A DNA stretch of 63,885 nt, the filler included, from Fonticula-like sp. SCN 57-25 (taxonomy: Eukaryota), in assembly GCA_001724245.1 (NCBI GenBank). It is 3 parts of 3 records of this genome, joined end to end, with 100 filler letters (N's around TTAATTAATTAA, not from the genome) between each part and the next. Parts side by side here need not be neighbours in the genome. Positions count along the whole stretch, not along the records: positions 1 to 25,422 come from MEDX01000060.1; 2 more parts are not named here. One strand, given 5' to 3'. The notes below the pieces were generated by a model. It was not told the origin of the DNA, ran no database searches, and was given only the letters and a program-made list of their open reading frames with translations. This document shows, piece after piece, positions 13,239 to 24,725 of the stretch (its first letter is position 1; every line of letters begins with the position of its first letter). Both the position numbers and the translations under genes were made by a program.

Positions 13239-14585
13239 ATGGACCCGACGCCGACGCCAGTGCTCCTCAAGGTGCTCGCCGTCGTCGGGCGCAAGGCGCA
13301 GGTGCACCTGCTTGTCGACGTCATTGAGGCAGGGCGGCCATCGCCCATTTCCGACGTCGCGCGGCTCCTCCCTGGCGGATGCACGCGATTCAAGCTTGCA
13401 CCACCGGCCGTTCTCGGCGGCATCGACCCAATCGACTATGCCCGCGCGGCGATCCTGGCCGACGACGGGGCGCCGTTCGCGCTCGCCGTCGCGCCGCAGA
13501 GCGTCGCTCTTCTCCCCTCTGTGGTCGCGCTTGACCCCTCGACGGTTGTGTGCGTCGACAATGACACTCTGACGCTCGCCGATCTGATCAGCCGCGCCGG
13601 TAGCCACGCGTGGCCGCTCGTGCGCATCTCGCACGCCGATCTCGCGCGCGCCCTCGCCGACGCCGACGCCCGCAAGCTCCTCGAAGCCGAGCGCCGCGAA
13701 AAAGCCGCCAAAGCGTCTGCCGCATACATGGAAACGTACGTCCCTGCCTACCTCAAGACCCCCCTTCTCCTCCAGCTCGAGCCCGACACCCCCGCCGCGC
13801 GCCCCGCCATGCCGCCCGCCGCCCCCGGCAGCGTCCTCGACCGCGCCCTCCTCCGCCTCTCCGACGAGTCCCCCCTCAACGCCGTCGCCGCCCCCGCACC
13901 GCGCGTCCCCTGCCCCACCTGCGCCCGCCCCGGCCGCTACTACTGCAACACCGACCTCACCCCCCTGCTGCCGCCGCCCGGCGTGCCCCACGTGTCGCTC
14001 CCCGCGCGCCTCATCGTCGTCAAGCACAAGAGCGAGTCGCTTGGCATGAGCACGGCGGCGCAAGCGCTGCTCGTCGCCCCCGACACCTCTGCCATGGTCG
14101 ACTTTCCCAGCGACGCCCTCAGCGAGCGACTCGCCGCGCTTCTTTCCGACGGCCCCGCGGCCATTCTCTACCCGAGCGCCGACGCAGAGGACCTCGGCAC
14201 AATGCCGCTCGACCACGTGGCCGCGCTACGCTCTGTCATTGTGCTTGACGGGACGTGGCACAATGTCAAGCCGATGCTGAGTCACCCCGCGCTCGCCGCC
14301 CTTCCGCGCATTGCGCTGCCAAAGACGGGCGCGCGGACCAGTTTTTGGCGGCGGAATCACAAGAACGATCCTCATTGGCTGTCGACGATCGAGGCCATTT
14401 ATGTAATGTACCGCACGCTGTTTGATAGGCTGAATGAGGGTGAAGAGTATGATGGGAGGTATGATGATTTGATGTGGATGTTTGTGCACCTGCAGCGTGT
14501 TGTGGGTGACGCAATGGTGGGGAGAAAGAGAATGCATGAGGTGGACGAGAACAAAGGAGAAGACCAAGCAGAAGCGAGTGCATAA
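13239..14585 (+). CDS. DTW-domain tRNA aminocarboxypropyltransferase (DTWD1-like) with N-terminal extension
   Basis: CPTC..YYC Zn-knuckle, KHKSE..STA, ILYPS, VLDGTW, SFWR, LSTIEAIY, YDDLMWMF. Confidence 0.88.
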   Translation: MDPTPTPVLLKVLAVVGRKAQVHLLVDVIEAGRPSPISDVARLLPGGCTRFKLAPPAVLGGIDPIDYARAAILADDGAPFALAVAPQSVALLPSVVALDPSTVVCVDNDTLTLADLISRAGSHAWPLVRISHADLARALADADARKLLEAERREKAAKASAAYMETYVPAYLKTPLLLQLEPDTPAARPAMPPAAPGSVLDRALLRLSDESPLNAVAAPAPRVPCPTCARPGRYYCNTDLTPLLPPPGVPHVSLPARLIVVKHKSESLGMSTAAQALLVAPDTSAMVDFPSDALSERLAALLSDGPAAILYPSADAEDLGTMPLDHVAALRSVIVLDGTWHNVKPMLSHPALAALPRIALPKTGARTSFWRRNHKNDPHWLSTIEAIYVMYRTLFDRLNEGEEYDGRYDDLMWMFVHLQRVVGDAMVGRKRMHEVDENKGEDQAEASA

Positions 14586-14864
14586 GAAGAGATGAAGATT
14601 TAATTGTAATTGTAATACTACTCATTGTACAATGCACCAAAAGGTGCCACAAATACACAAGCATGACCATACTTGATATACACTGTTGACATGTTCATAT
14701 TATACATGTACACTCAGTATCAAATGACCCTTTTGTTCAGTTTACAATGTGTTCGTATTATATCACTGCTACAGTACATTACATGGCAGCCTATCTATAT
14801 TCTGTTACTTTCATGTCATGTAATTCCTTTTCATTCATTTATTTCATCGTACAATAATAATACA

Positions 14865-17050
14865 CTAACATGACCCCTTTGGCCCCCGCCGCAATGCCCG
14901 CAAATGCACCGCCGAAACATGCCTCACCAAATGCCCCCTCTGCCCAAACCCCTCTTCCCTATCACACCCCACCCACGCACACCTATATTCAACCTCTTCT
15001 TCCCGCCGCCTTCCAGGCTGCGCCATCGGAATATGTTCCCTTATAATATGGACAAGAAGGTTGGGACAATCGGCGGCGGCGGCAGAGCACGTGGCCCAGG
15101 CACATGATATGGCATTGTCAATGACGGTGCGCGTCGACTGGTCATGGGGGGTCAATGGCATTTGGCCACGTGGTGGAGAGGGTGGGTGGTCACGTGGGGG
15201 TGATGTGTCACGTGAATGGCCATGTGGTTGCGTCATGTTGCTCATTGGGTCGTCCTCGAGCTCGCTCTCTGGCCTCATTTCTTCTTCTTCTAATTGTGGC
15301 TCGATCGGTGATTGGCCAGAAAAGGAAGCAATAGGGAGGCCAGCGAGGATTTGAAGGACAATGTCACTCGATGGCGGCGTCGCATTCACCTCTTCTTTAA
15401 CAAGTGCAGTACTTTCTTTGATGTTGAGATGTTCCTTGTTGAGATGTTCCTTGATAAGACTATGAGTCATATTCTTGGCCATATTCATCATGACATTGTC
15501 CTTGCTTGTGTCATTCTTGGTATCGTTAATGTCCATTTCGTACTTGATATTCGTCTCAATTGTCTCTTCCTTTACCCTCTTTATATCCTTATAATGCTCT
15601 TCTTTCCCTTCCTTTTCCTCTTTTTCCACTTCTTCTTCATCGTCAGGCAATTCGGCAAACTCGCCCGTTGACCGCTTCCTCATTGGAAAAAGTCGACCAC
15701 TTGACGACACAAATGCGCGCTGCCTACCCATATGAGACACTTCTTCAGTGTCTTTCGAGCGGCGGTGGCGAGCAGCGTCGCTCGCCATTGACAGTGCGAG
15801 TGCACGTGGCACGGCGGGGGCGGGAAGCGCGTCGCGGCACATGAGGTCGCCAAAGAGGGCGGACATGTCGGTGTAGCGGTCGCGCACAATGGGTGTGATG
15901 CGTTTGGGGAAGGTGTGCGCGACGAGGCGGCGGAGTTCGGGGAAGCTGGAGTGAAGCGAGTACGGAAAACACTGAAAAAAGTGGTCAGAAAAGAGGAAAT
16001 TTGGCTGAAAATTGGAGCAAAAAAGCACAAAAACGCGCGGGAAACGACTTGTTCCCCAGTAAAATGTAACAAAAAACGACAAAAAACGACAAAAACACAC
16101 TAAAATACACCAAAATTCAAGCCAAACACAACACAATATGCGTACTGAGACTGAGCGGTTTCCCACTGGCAGGATTGCCGTGAGCGATGTCGGCAAAATA
16201 TACAAGCGGCTCGGCGTGCCCGGCAGTGTCGACACTGGACATTCCATTGACACTTCCTGACGCGTCACGACAATAATATCCGCCTCGTCCAAGTCGTAAG
16301 TAAAGTACGACATGTCGACGTCGATGAGCTGCAGCGCGCGGTACCGCCGCTCGTCGACGCCCACGAGGAGACCCAGCCGCTCGGCCAGGAACAGCAGCAG
16401 CTCCTCCTTGCCCAGCGTGTCAATGCCAATGTAAACTGGGAGGTTTTCGAGCCCGTGGTCTTCAATGCACTGAAGAATGTCCTCGCGGACCTGCTCGCGC
16501 GGCGGAAAGACGTGCTTGGGCGAGGCGTACGTGTTGTCGAGGATCAGATGGTCGATGCGGCGAATCGCGGGGATCTCGAGCATTGATTCGGAGAAACGAA
16601 AGTCGCCAGTGTGTAGAACGCGGCCAAAGTAGCCGTCGAGGAGGACCATCACGGAGCCGGGGCAGTGATTCGCATCGTAGAGTGTGACTGACATGGTCAG
16701 GCTCGCGCGGTCATCAAGCTTGAATGTCGTGGGGACATTCAGCGGAAGCACCAGCTATGATTTACTTTGTCAGAAGCCAAAATAAGTAAATATAGACGTA
16801 CAATGTACTCTTCTTTGACAGAAAATTTGTCTATTAAAAGCCGCTTGGTAATGTCAGAGCAGACGATCGTCCCGAGGTTCCACGAAGGCGACAGGCCCGT
16901 CGTGTGATCTACAGACCTTAGCACATAAACCACCTGTTCAACAATCGTACCCGCGTGCAGATGCGTAAGGAAATAGTACCGCACGCCGGGGTAGTATCGA
17001 AACGAGTCGAACGCCACCGGCGCGCCGTCCAGGCGAATCCCCGACCCCAT
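14865..17050 (-). CDS. SNM1/Apollo-type metallo-beta-lactamase/beta-CASP nuclease with C-terminal C2H2 zinc fingers
   Basis: YFLTHLHA-DHTTGL, DANHCPGSVM, LHTGDFR, LDNTY, LGKEELL, PYSLHSSFPEL. Confidence 0.88.
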
Positions 17051-17162
17051 CGAGCGCGCCCTGCCCAACCGTTCGCAGTTTTCCCGCCACTTGATTTGAT
17101 TGGCTGATCAATTCCCGTTGACGAATCAAATCGCTTGCTTTGTGTTGGCGGTGGTGACGAAC

Positions 17163-18646
17163 ATGATGGGCATGGACGACATGGATGTCCTGCTGGACGA
17201 GTCGCGCGCGCCTCTGCAGCAAGAGTACACGGCCTCTGGTAGTGTAGGAGGCGGGCGCCATCTTTTTGTGTGCAGTCACGGTTTTATGGGAAATCCGGGC
17301 CACATTGGCTATCTCGTAGCCCAACTCAAGGCCCACCCGCACTCGCACCGCCTCCTTGTAGTACGGCCTCAATGCCGCGATGCCGGTCGTGCTGCTAACG
17401 TTGGTTTCTTTATAGATAAACCCAGATGTGAACAAGCACCACAACTCGCTGGACGGGATTGATGTGTGCGGCGATCGTCTCATTGACGAGATCGAGCGCG
17501 TCCTTCAGGTGAACAGCGACATTACGCACATCTCCTTTATCGGCTACTCTCAAGGCGGTCTCATTCTTCGCTACGTCATTGGACGCCTCTATTCAGAAGA
17601 GTATTTCTCGCGAATTATCCCTGTTGTACGCGCTTTATATGTCCATTTTCTGTACCAACTCTCTTTTTAGAACTTTGTCACGTTTGCCTCGCCGCATCTT
17701 GGCGTCCGCCGCCCCGCCCGCCGCCTCCACGATCGCGTTGCCAACTACCTCGTGGCGCGCATGGCGTCCCACTCTGGCCTTCAAATGCTGCTTGCCGACA
17801 ACCAGGGCCGCAGCGTGCCGCTCCTCGCGCGCATGGCGGCGCCCGGCAGCGTCTACTTTCGCGGCCTCGCCCTCTTTCAGCAGCGCGTCCTCTACGCCAG
17901 CGTGGCGAGCGACCGCACCGTGCCGTACTGCACCGCGTCAATTCAGCCGCACAATGTGTACAAGAGGGCGGGCGTGCGGTTCCGCGCAGTGGACGGGTAC
18001 AGAAACATCGTCACGCTCGTTGACGAGGGTGTTGCTGCTGCAAGTGAAGAGACGAAAGAGACGTCGGCGCTCATCGGGTCTCTTTCAGACAACATGCCAG
18101 TCAGTACGTACAATTGGTTTTAGCCTGTTTTCGTGTTGATTTTGGCGTTTTTGTGCCTATTATTTCATTTTTCTCTGCTTTTCTGACTCATTTTTGCACA
18201 GAAATGACGTATGGCCAATGGACGATGAGGGTTATTCGTGACTTTGCACTTGTCATGCTCATTCTGCTGCCGCTCTCGCCACTCATTCTGCTCTTCCTCG
18301 CGCTCTTTTACCTCGTGAGCATCTACTCGCGCGTCAAAGTAAGGGCGGCGCGCCGAAACTACAAACCTCCTCGTGAAGAGCCAGTCGACCTCGAGTACGC
18401 ATTTTATACTTTAAATCAACTTTGCTGACACATTTTCATAGTTTCACGGCGTCGCAGGACTCGTGGCGGGGATATATGATTGCTGGTCTGGCACAGCTCA
18501 CGTGGAAGCGCGTGGATGTTTACATTCCTGGTGCGACGCACACGCATGGTCTTATTGTTGTGCGCAGGCCAAAGTCAATGATCAGAAAGGACATTGATAC
18601 AAGCGATATTATCGACCATCTCAACAGCACGCTTATCATGCCGTAA
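17163..18646 (+). CDS. DUF676 putative lipase (Lpl1/Rog1-like), multi-exon
   Basis: HGFMGN, DGIDVCGDRL, SFIGYSQGGLILRY, FVTFASPHLG, DRTVPYCTA, hydrophobic hairpin, WKRVDV..HTHGLIVVRR. Confidence 0.85.
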
Positions 18647-18760
18647 ATTGAATATTTGTATATGTATTATAAGTGCTTTTACTATTTTTATGACTAGTTT
18701 CATTGCAATTTCAATATTAAAATGATACAAAATGATGATGTGTATTGTACAAATTTGTCA

Positions 18761-19781
18761 TCAGTCCGTTCGTGGACGCTTATTTTGACCGCCGCGCTAT
18801 ATCAGTCTGTTAGTAGCCGCTGTGCACAGCCATACACGTACCTCGCCGTCGTCGGCGTCGGGCCGCGACTCGCGCTCCGCCATCTCGAGCATCGACTGGA
18901 TCATCTCTTTGGGGTACTCGGCGCCGCGCAGCTGCACAGAGTAGCAAACTGAAACATAAATCAGTTTCAAAAAGCGCCGAAATACTACAACCAAAAATGA
19001 CTTTTTTCGTACCTTTTTCAATCTTTTGTAGAGACGCGGCGAGCGTGGCCGTCTTTTTGCCGAGGCTCGGCAGCGGCAGCTGGTTGAGCTCGTCGGCGAG
19101 CCCCCGGCAAAAGGCGAGCATGCCGGATACGTTGGCGCTGTTGCCCGTCGCGGCAGACGTCACGCACAGACGCATGAGCTCGCCGGTCATGTCGGCCACT
19201 CCAAGCGCATAGTCCTCGTCCGTCGGCTGCGCCCATGAAAGATCAGCGAGATGACCAAGAAAGAAGCTGTCGCACCGCGAGGCCGAAAGGGGCAAAGTCG
19301 GCATCGAGCCGATCCTTTGGTAAAATCGACGCGTCCTCAACGTACTGCAGAAAAGTGGCGGCCTCGATGTATTCCTGGAGGCCGTCGGTGATGTTGCGGT
19401 GGAAGCGGTGAAAGAGCGGGCCGGCGAGATCGTCCACGACGGGGCGAAGCAGCTCGCGAATCGCCGCCAGCTGCTTGGACGCCTCTTGAATTACAGGCGC
19501 GCGATCGTCGCTCTGTACTGCCCTGTGAAAAGGGCGTTAGAAGAGCGCTATGGTAAATGAAAACGCACCTCTGTAAAAGAAAGATCACCTTCTTGCTTTG
19601 CGCGGTCATGTCGCGCGACGCGCGGATGATGCGCTCCCGCCGATTCGCCTACAAACCCGATGCTTAGTCGGCATACCAGAGCAGCACAGGGACGCACATG
19701 GTCGTCCAGAGTCTGACGAAACAGGGCAAACTGCTCCCGAAGCGCGGGCTGTGCCGCCTGCACCACGATCTCCGACTCCAT
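18761..19781 (-). CDS. TSNAX: Translin-associated factor X (TRAX, C3PO subunit)
   Basis: RERIIRASRDMTAQSKKVIFLLQR, GLQEYIEA, DYALGVADMTGELMR. Confidence 0.9.
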
Positions 19782-20147
19782 TGCCCAAGAAACGCGCGGG
19801 AAAGGTCCAACCTGATGTGTCACCGTTTCATGTTTTGGATGATCTTGATGAACTGATCCGCAAGGACGACGTCCAAGTAATGCGAAAATGAGTGCCAATT
19901 GCACGCTATTCGTGCATTGGCCTCTCTAGTAATAAACGCAGCAAAACTCTTAGTGTACAACAGAAAAACCATGTACAACATCTGCCCATCGACGTTTCAT
20001 CGAGCGTTCCTTTGGCATGAACATACTTCAATAAAAATAGTGCAAAAGCATTCAGAATTCGTTAGTTTTATTCATAACTTACATTATCAGCAAAATAAAG
20101 CTCCGAGCGCAAACTTCTTTTCGCCCCAGCCACCATCATCATTCCTT

Positions 20148-20876
20148 TTATGTATCTTGCGTCGGCAAATCGAGCCCTTCCATGGCCGCGGTCAACGGCG
20201 CCTCCTCCTCCTTTGCCTTTTCCTCTCCACTCACGGGCGCCGCCGATGCAAGCGGCTCCTCTACCGGCGCCTCCTCCGTTGTCGTCGACCCTTCGGCCTC
20301 GGGCTGCACCTCAGCGGCATCCTGAACATCGTCCTTTACGATTTCCTGAACGGCATCCTGAGCGACATCTTCCGCCGCCGCGGTCTCCTCCTTGTCGCCA
20401 TTATTAAAGGTGCGCTGCATAGAAGTGCGCGCCTTCCCAACCAAGGCCTCCAGCGCGTCGCTCTGCGGCGGCGTGTTGCGCGTGATTCTGTACGCGATGT
20501 TCTCGAGTAGGCTGTTCCACCGCGACGCGATTGTTACCTCGCTGTCGAGCATACGCGCTTGCTGCACTCAATTGTAAGCAAAAAACAAAAAATAGTGTAT
20601 AAATACGCACGCGCGAAGCCAAAAGCTGCGTGGCCGTCGGCCGCTGGGAAGCATCGAGCCTAGCGATCTGCAGCTCGTCCCCGAGATCGGTCAGATGCCG
20701 CGAAACGGCCTCGGTCGTCCGCTGCCGCCAATCATTAGCAAACATAAACACGAAAACAAACAAGAAAGCAGACGCACCGTCATTTCCCACCGCATGGCGT
20801 AGTAGATTGACGTTCCGAGGAGGACGCCGCCCGCGACGGAGCGCGCCATGCCCGCCGCCCGCGACAGCATTGCCAT
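20148..20876 (-). CDS. MICOS Mic12/MIC13-like small mitochondrial membrane protein with acidic tail
   Basis: N-terminal Gly-rich TM (AGGVLLGTSIYY) and conserved-looking WN motif (SRWNS); 2 introns. Confidence 0.45.
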
Positions 20877-21076
20877 AAAATCACACCCGACTTTACCCCT
20901 GACAATCGACCGTCTTATCAGAAATGCATCCGACTCTGCCCCAAACAATCGTGTCAACGTGCCTGTAACAGGAGCGGGCTGCGCAGGGGATCTTGCGGCA
21001 AGGCTCCTTCTCCTTTACGGTACGACGTGCAGCATTCGCGCTTAGTGGACACTGTGCTCACTGTGTGCTTTATGAA

Positions 21077-23453
21077 ATGGCGCGAAACAGAGACGAGATC
21101 GCGCTTGGCACGATGAATCCTGCCAAGGATGCCGGCGGGGCGACTGGCATGATGGCCGTGCCGCCAGTGTCGCTTCTCTTTGAAGATGTCCGATTCACCG
21201 TCAAGGTGCCGGATGTGGAGGCCAAGCCTCGCACGTGTGGCGCGCGCATGGCTGGGCTCTGCAAGCGGACAAAGAAGGTTGAAAAGGAGCTGATCAAGGG
21301 CGTCTCTGGGTACGCCCTGCCCGGCGAGTGCGTTGCCGTCATGGGCGCATCGGGTGCCGGCAAGTCCACGCTGATCGACATTCTCGCTGGCCGCGCCAAG
21401 ACGGTACGCACTTCTGATTGGCCACTTTGTTTGGCTGCTGACTGCTGGCGCTGCTAGGGCATGGGATCGGGCACGGTCCAGCTCGGTTGCGACCCGAGCG
21501 TGTTTGACCCGCAAGCGCATGTCAGCTACGTTATGCAGGACGATGCGCTCATCTCCACGCTGACCGTCCGCGAGACGCTCACGTACGCCGCGCGCCTCAA
21601 GCTCGCGCCGCGTTTCTACGCAGAGCAAGGTGAGAACATTGTCGAGGTACGTGATGCGGCCTCAAATGCGAATGAAACTGAGAATCTTATGTACCATTCG
21701 TAGAATATTTTGCGCGTTCTTAATCTGCGCAAGGTTGCCAATTCGCGCATTGGCTCTGAAAAACGCCGCGGCGTGTCTGGCGGTGAGCGTCGCCGCGTGA
21801 GCATCGGAACGCAGCTCGTGACTCAGCCGAGCCTTCTCTTCCTTGACGAGCCGACATCTGGCCTTGACGCGACGAACGCTCTCCGCGTGGCGCGCGCCCT
21901 TCTTCGCCTCGCCCGCGAAGGCCGCACAATCATGTGCACAATTCACCAGCCGCGCTCAAACGTATTTTACTACTTTGACCGCCTGCTGCTGCTCTACGAA
22001 GGCCAGACTGTCTTTTTCGGCCCAACCGCCATGGCAACGCCCTACATGGCCACCCACGGCCTCGTGTGCCCGCCGCTCGTGAACCCGGCCGACTATCTGC
22101 TCGACATTCTCGACCCCGAATTTGACCCTGCTTCCGTCGGCCATGAAGACGACGACGACGAAGATGACGGCGACAGTGATGAAAGGAACGCGTCCGCGTC
22201 GTCCGCGCCGCTCAATAACCGTCGCGACATTGAAGCAGGCGAAAAGGAAAAGCAAGAGGAAGATGATGAGGATGATTATGATGACAAGACGATGTCGCCG
22301 CGCTCTACGATTGGCTCGCCGCCTATCATGTCGCCCGGCAACATCCAAGGCGACGACGCTGGCATTCACCCGCAGACGCTCGTGTCGCTGTACCCGCAGT
22401 CAGAGTATGCGGCCGCTTCGACGCAGCTCATGATTGACCTCCGTCGGAAGCACGGTGCGACGCGCGAGCTGTCGCGCAGCATTGGCACGACGACGGACCG
22501 GTACGCGACGAGCTTTTGGCTGCAGTTTAGCCTGCTGTGGCAGCGGACGCTCCTCGCCACCGTGCGCGACCCAGGTGTCATGTATGTGCGCACGGGCGCG
22601 GCGCTCTTTATTGGCCTGCTTGTCGGCCTCTTGTTCTTCCAGCTGCCCGACGAGCCGAGCTCGTCCGGCGACCGCACAAGCGTCATCCTCTTCCTCGTCT
22701 GCGTGTTTTCCCTCTTTTGCCTACCGGCCCTCAGCGGGTGCGTCACGTGAGATGAGGTCGTGCTTGCTAACATCAAGTAGATTTATTGAGGACCGTCAGT
22801 TGCTGCACCGAGAGCAGGGCGGCGGGTTCTATCGAACGTCGGCGTACTTTTTGGGCAGCTTTTTGGTCGAGCTTCCTATTCTCGTGATTGTCGTTGTCCT
22901 GTATAGCGTCGTGTGCTACTGGCTTGTCGGGTTTGAGCCAGACGCAGAGCACTTTTTCAGGTTCCTTGTACGCGTCTGATGACCGTATTTTCATTCTGCT
23001 TTGCTGACCGACGCGCCCACAGCTGATTGTGTGCCTCATCATCAACACCAACTTTGCCACGGCGCAGGCCATCGCTGCGTACGTGGAGACGATCACGATG
23101 GCGGCGGCGTGCTACATGATCGTGCTTGTGTACTGCCTGCTGCTCGGCGGGTTCATCGTCGCAAAGGCAAACCTTCCAGAGGTGCGCTGCATGGTTGCTG
23201 CGCTTTGATCTACACATACTAACCCAGCTGCTAGGGAGTCCAATGGGCGCTTTATACAAGCTACTACTTTTACGGCTACGAGTCGCTGTGCATCAACGAA
23301 TTCGAGAACAAGTCGTATGGCCCCGAGTTTTTAAAGGCGATGGGCTTTGAGGCGGACAATATGACCATTGATATCATCGCGTTGCTGCTCATCTTTATCG
23401 CACTTCGCGTCCTAGCGTACCTGCTGCTGCGGTTTGCAAATCGCGCACACTGA
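21077..23453 (+). CDS. ABCG (White family) half transporter
   Basis: Walker A GASGAGKST, signature VSGGERRR, Walker B LFLDEPTSGLD, TIHQP, C-terminal TMD. Confidence 0.95.
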
Positions 23454-23536
23454 TATGGGCACTGGCTGCCGTGTATGAATATCTCGTACTGTATAGAAAT
23501 AAATATATATATTGAAGTTTGCAAACAATTTGCACA

Positions 23537-23842
23537 TCAGATCAGCTCGACGCGAGCCGCCTTGGCCTCGAGCACCGTAATCAGATCCTGCTTGAGATCC
23601 TCCTTCATCCCCTTGCAAGTTTCGCTCAACCACTTCTCAAAACCTTCCGAGCCGCGCTCCAGGTACTCGATCAGGAGGCGGTAGGGGGTCGTCACGCCGG
23701 CCTCCACAAGGGCCTTCTCGGTGGCCTCGCCGATGGCTGGCAGGTCCTTGAGCTTCATATCCCTCATCCTCATGTCGAGAGCCTCCTGACCCTTCTTGGT
23801 CGTGGGCACGGGGGAAGACTTCACGGGAGACTTGTCACTCAT
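23537..23842 (-). CDS. Barrier-to-autointegration factor (BAF/BANF1)-like protein, copy 1
   Basis: 101 aa, colinear with BAF as recalled: TTKK~TSQK, DLPAIGE~SLAGIGE (HhH), LVEAGVTTPYRLL~LEERGFDKAYVVL, FEKWLSETC~FREWLKDTC. Confidence 0.75.
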   Translation of the reverse strand: MSDKSPVKSSPVPTTKKGQEALDMRMRDMKLKDLPAIGEATEKALVEAGVTTPYRLLIEYLERGSEGFEKWLSETCKGMKEDLKQDLITVLEAKAARVELI

Positions 23843-24425
23843 GATGTACGATTGAGAGGTGTTGCGGCGAGAGCGGCGAGAGAGCTTGCTTAAAAGTGAG
23901 CTAGGCGATCCTGCTGCAAAGTGTCGTCAACAACATTTCACCTGTTGCTATATACTCGGTGTCTGCCTCAATTTGGTAGCGGCAGACGGTCTGCCTTCGT
24001 CGTGATTGGCTGCTTTCTTTCCGCCATGGCCGTGATTGGTCGACTCATCGAGTGCTCCGATTGGATTCGCGCAGCGGTCCAGGGTGTCCACCACGGTCGT
24101 GTCATCAGGTAGACAGATGTATATCTCCCCGATAACGGTAGGCATTCCGCAGGAAAGTACTACCCGCAGTGCACTGAAGCGGCCTGTCTATGCAACTTGG
24201 TTTGTCAGCATGACCAGCCATGGAGCTCGGTCAATCTGATGCCCGCGGCTGACAATGAATAGCTGGCGCTCGCGACGCCCCTATCATCGATCATCGCGCT
24301 GCTGCTACTTTGCTGCTTTGCTTTGCAAACCGCGCTCACTGATATGGGCACCGGCTGCCGTGTATAAATATCGCGCATTGTATAGAAATAAATATATATA
24401 TTACAGTTTGCAAATAATTTACACA

Positions 24426-24725
24426 TCAGATCAGCTCGACGCGAGCCGCCTTGGCCTCGAGCACCACCATCAGATCCTGCTTGAGATGGCTCTTCATCCC
24501 CTTGCAGGTTGTGCCCAACCACTTCTCAAAACCTTCCGAGCCGCGCTCCAGGTACTCGGTCAGCAGGCGGTAGGGGGTCGTCACGCCGACCTTGACAAGT
24601 GCCTTCTCGGTTGCATCGCCGATGGCAGGCAGGCTGCTGAGCTTCATATCCATCAGCCTCGTGTTGATGGAGATCTGTCCCTTCTTGGTCGAGGGGGAAG
24701 ACGTCACGGGAGAGTTGGGACTCAT
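24426..24725 (-). CDS. BAF-like protein, copy 2
   Basis: 99-aa intact paralog of copy 1, 889 bp away. Confidence 0.75.
   Translation of the reverse strand: MSPNSPVTSSPSTKKGQISINTRLMDMKLSSLPAIGDATEKALVKVGVTTPYRLLTEYLERGSEGFEKWLGTTCKGMKSHLKQDLMVVLEAKAARVELI

Noticed and set aside
13134-14216. 360-aa ORF antisense to the DTW gene, and many similar Arg/Ala-rich ORFs in the track
   Set aside because: Alternate-frame or antisense by-products of GC-rich coding sequence
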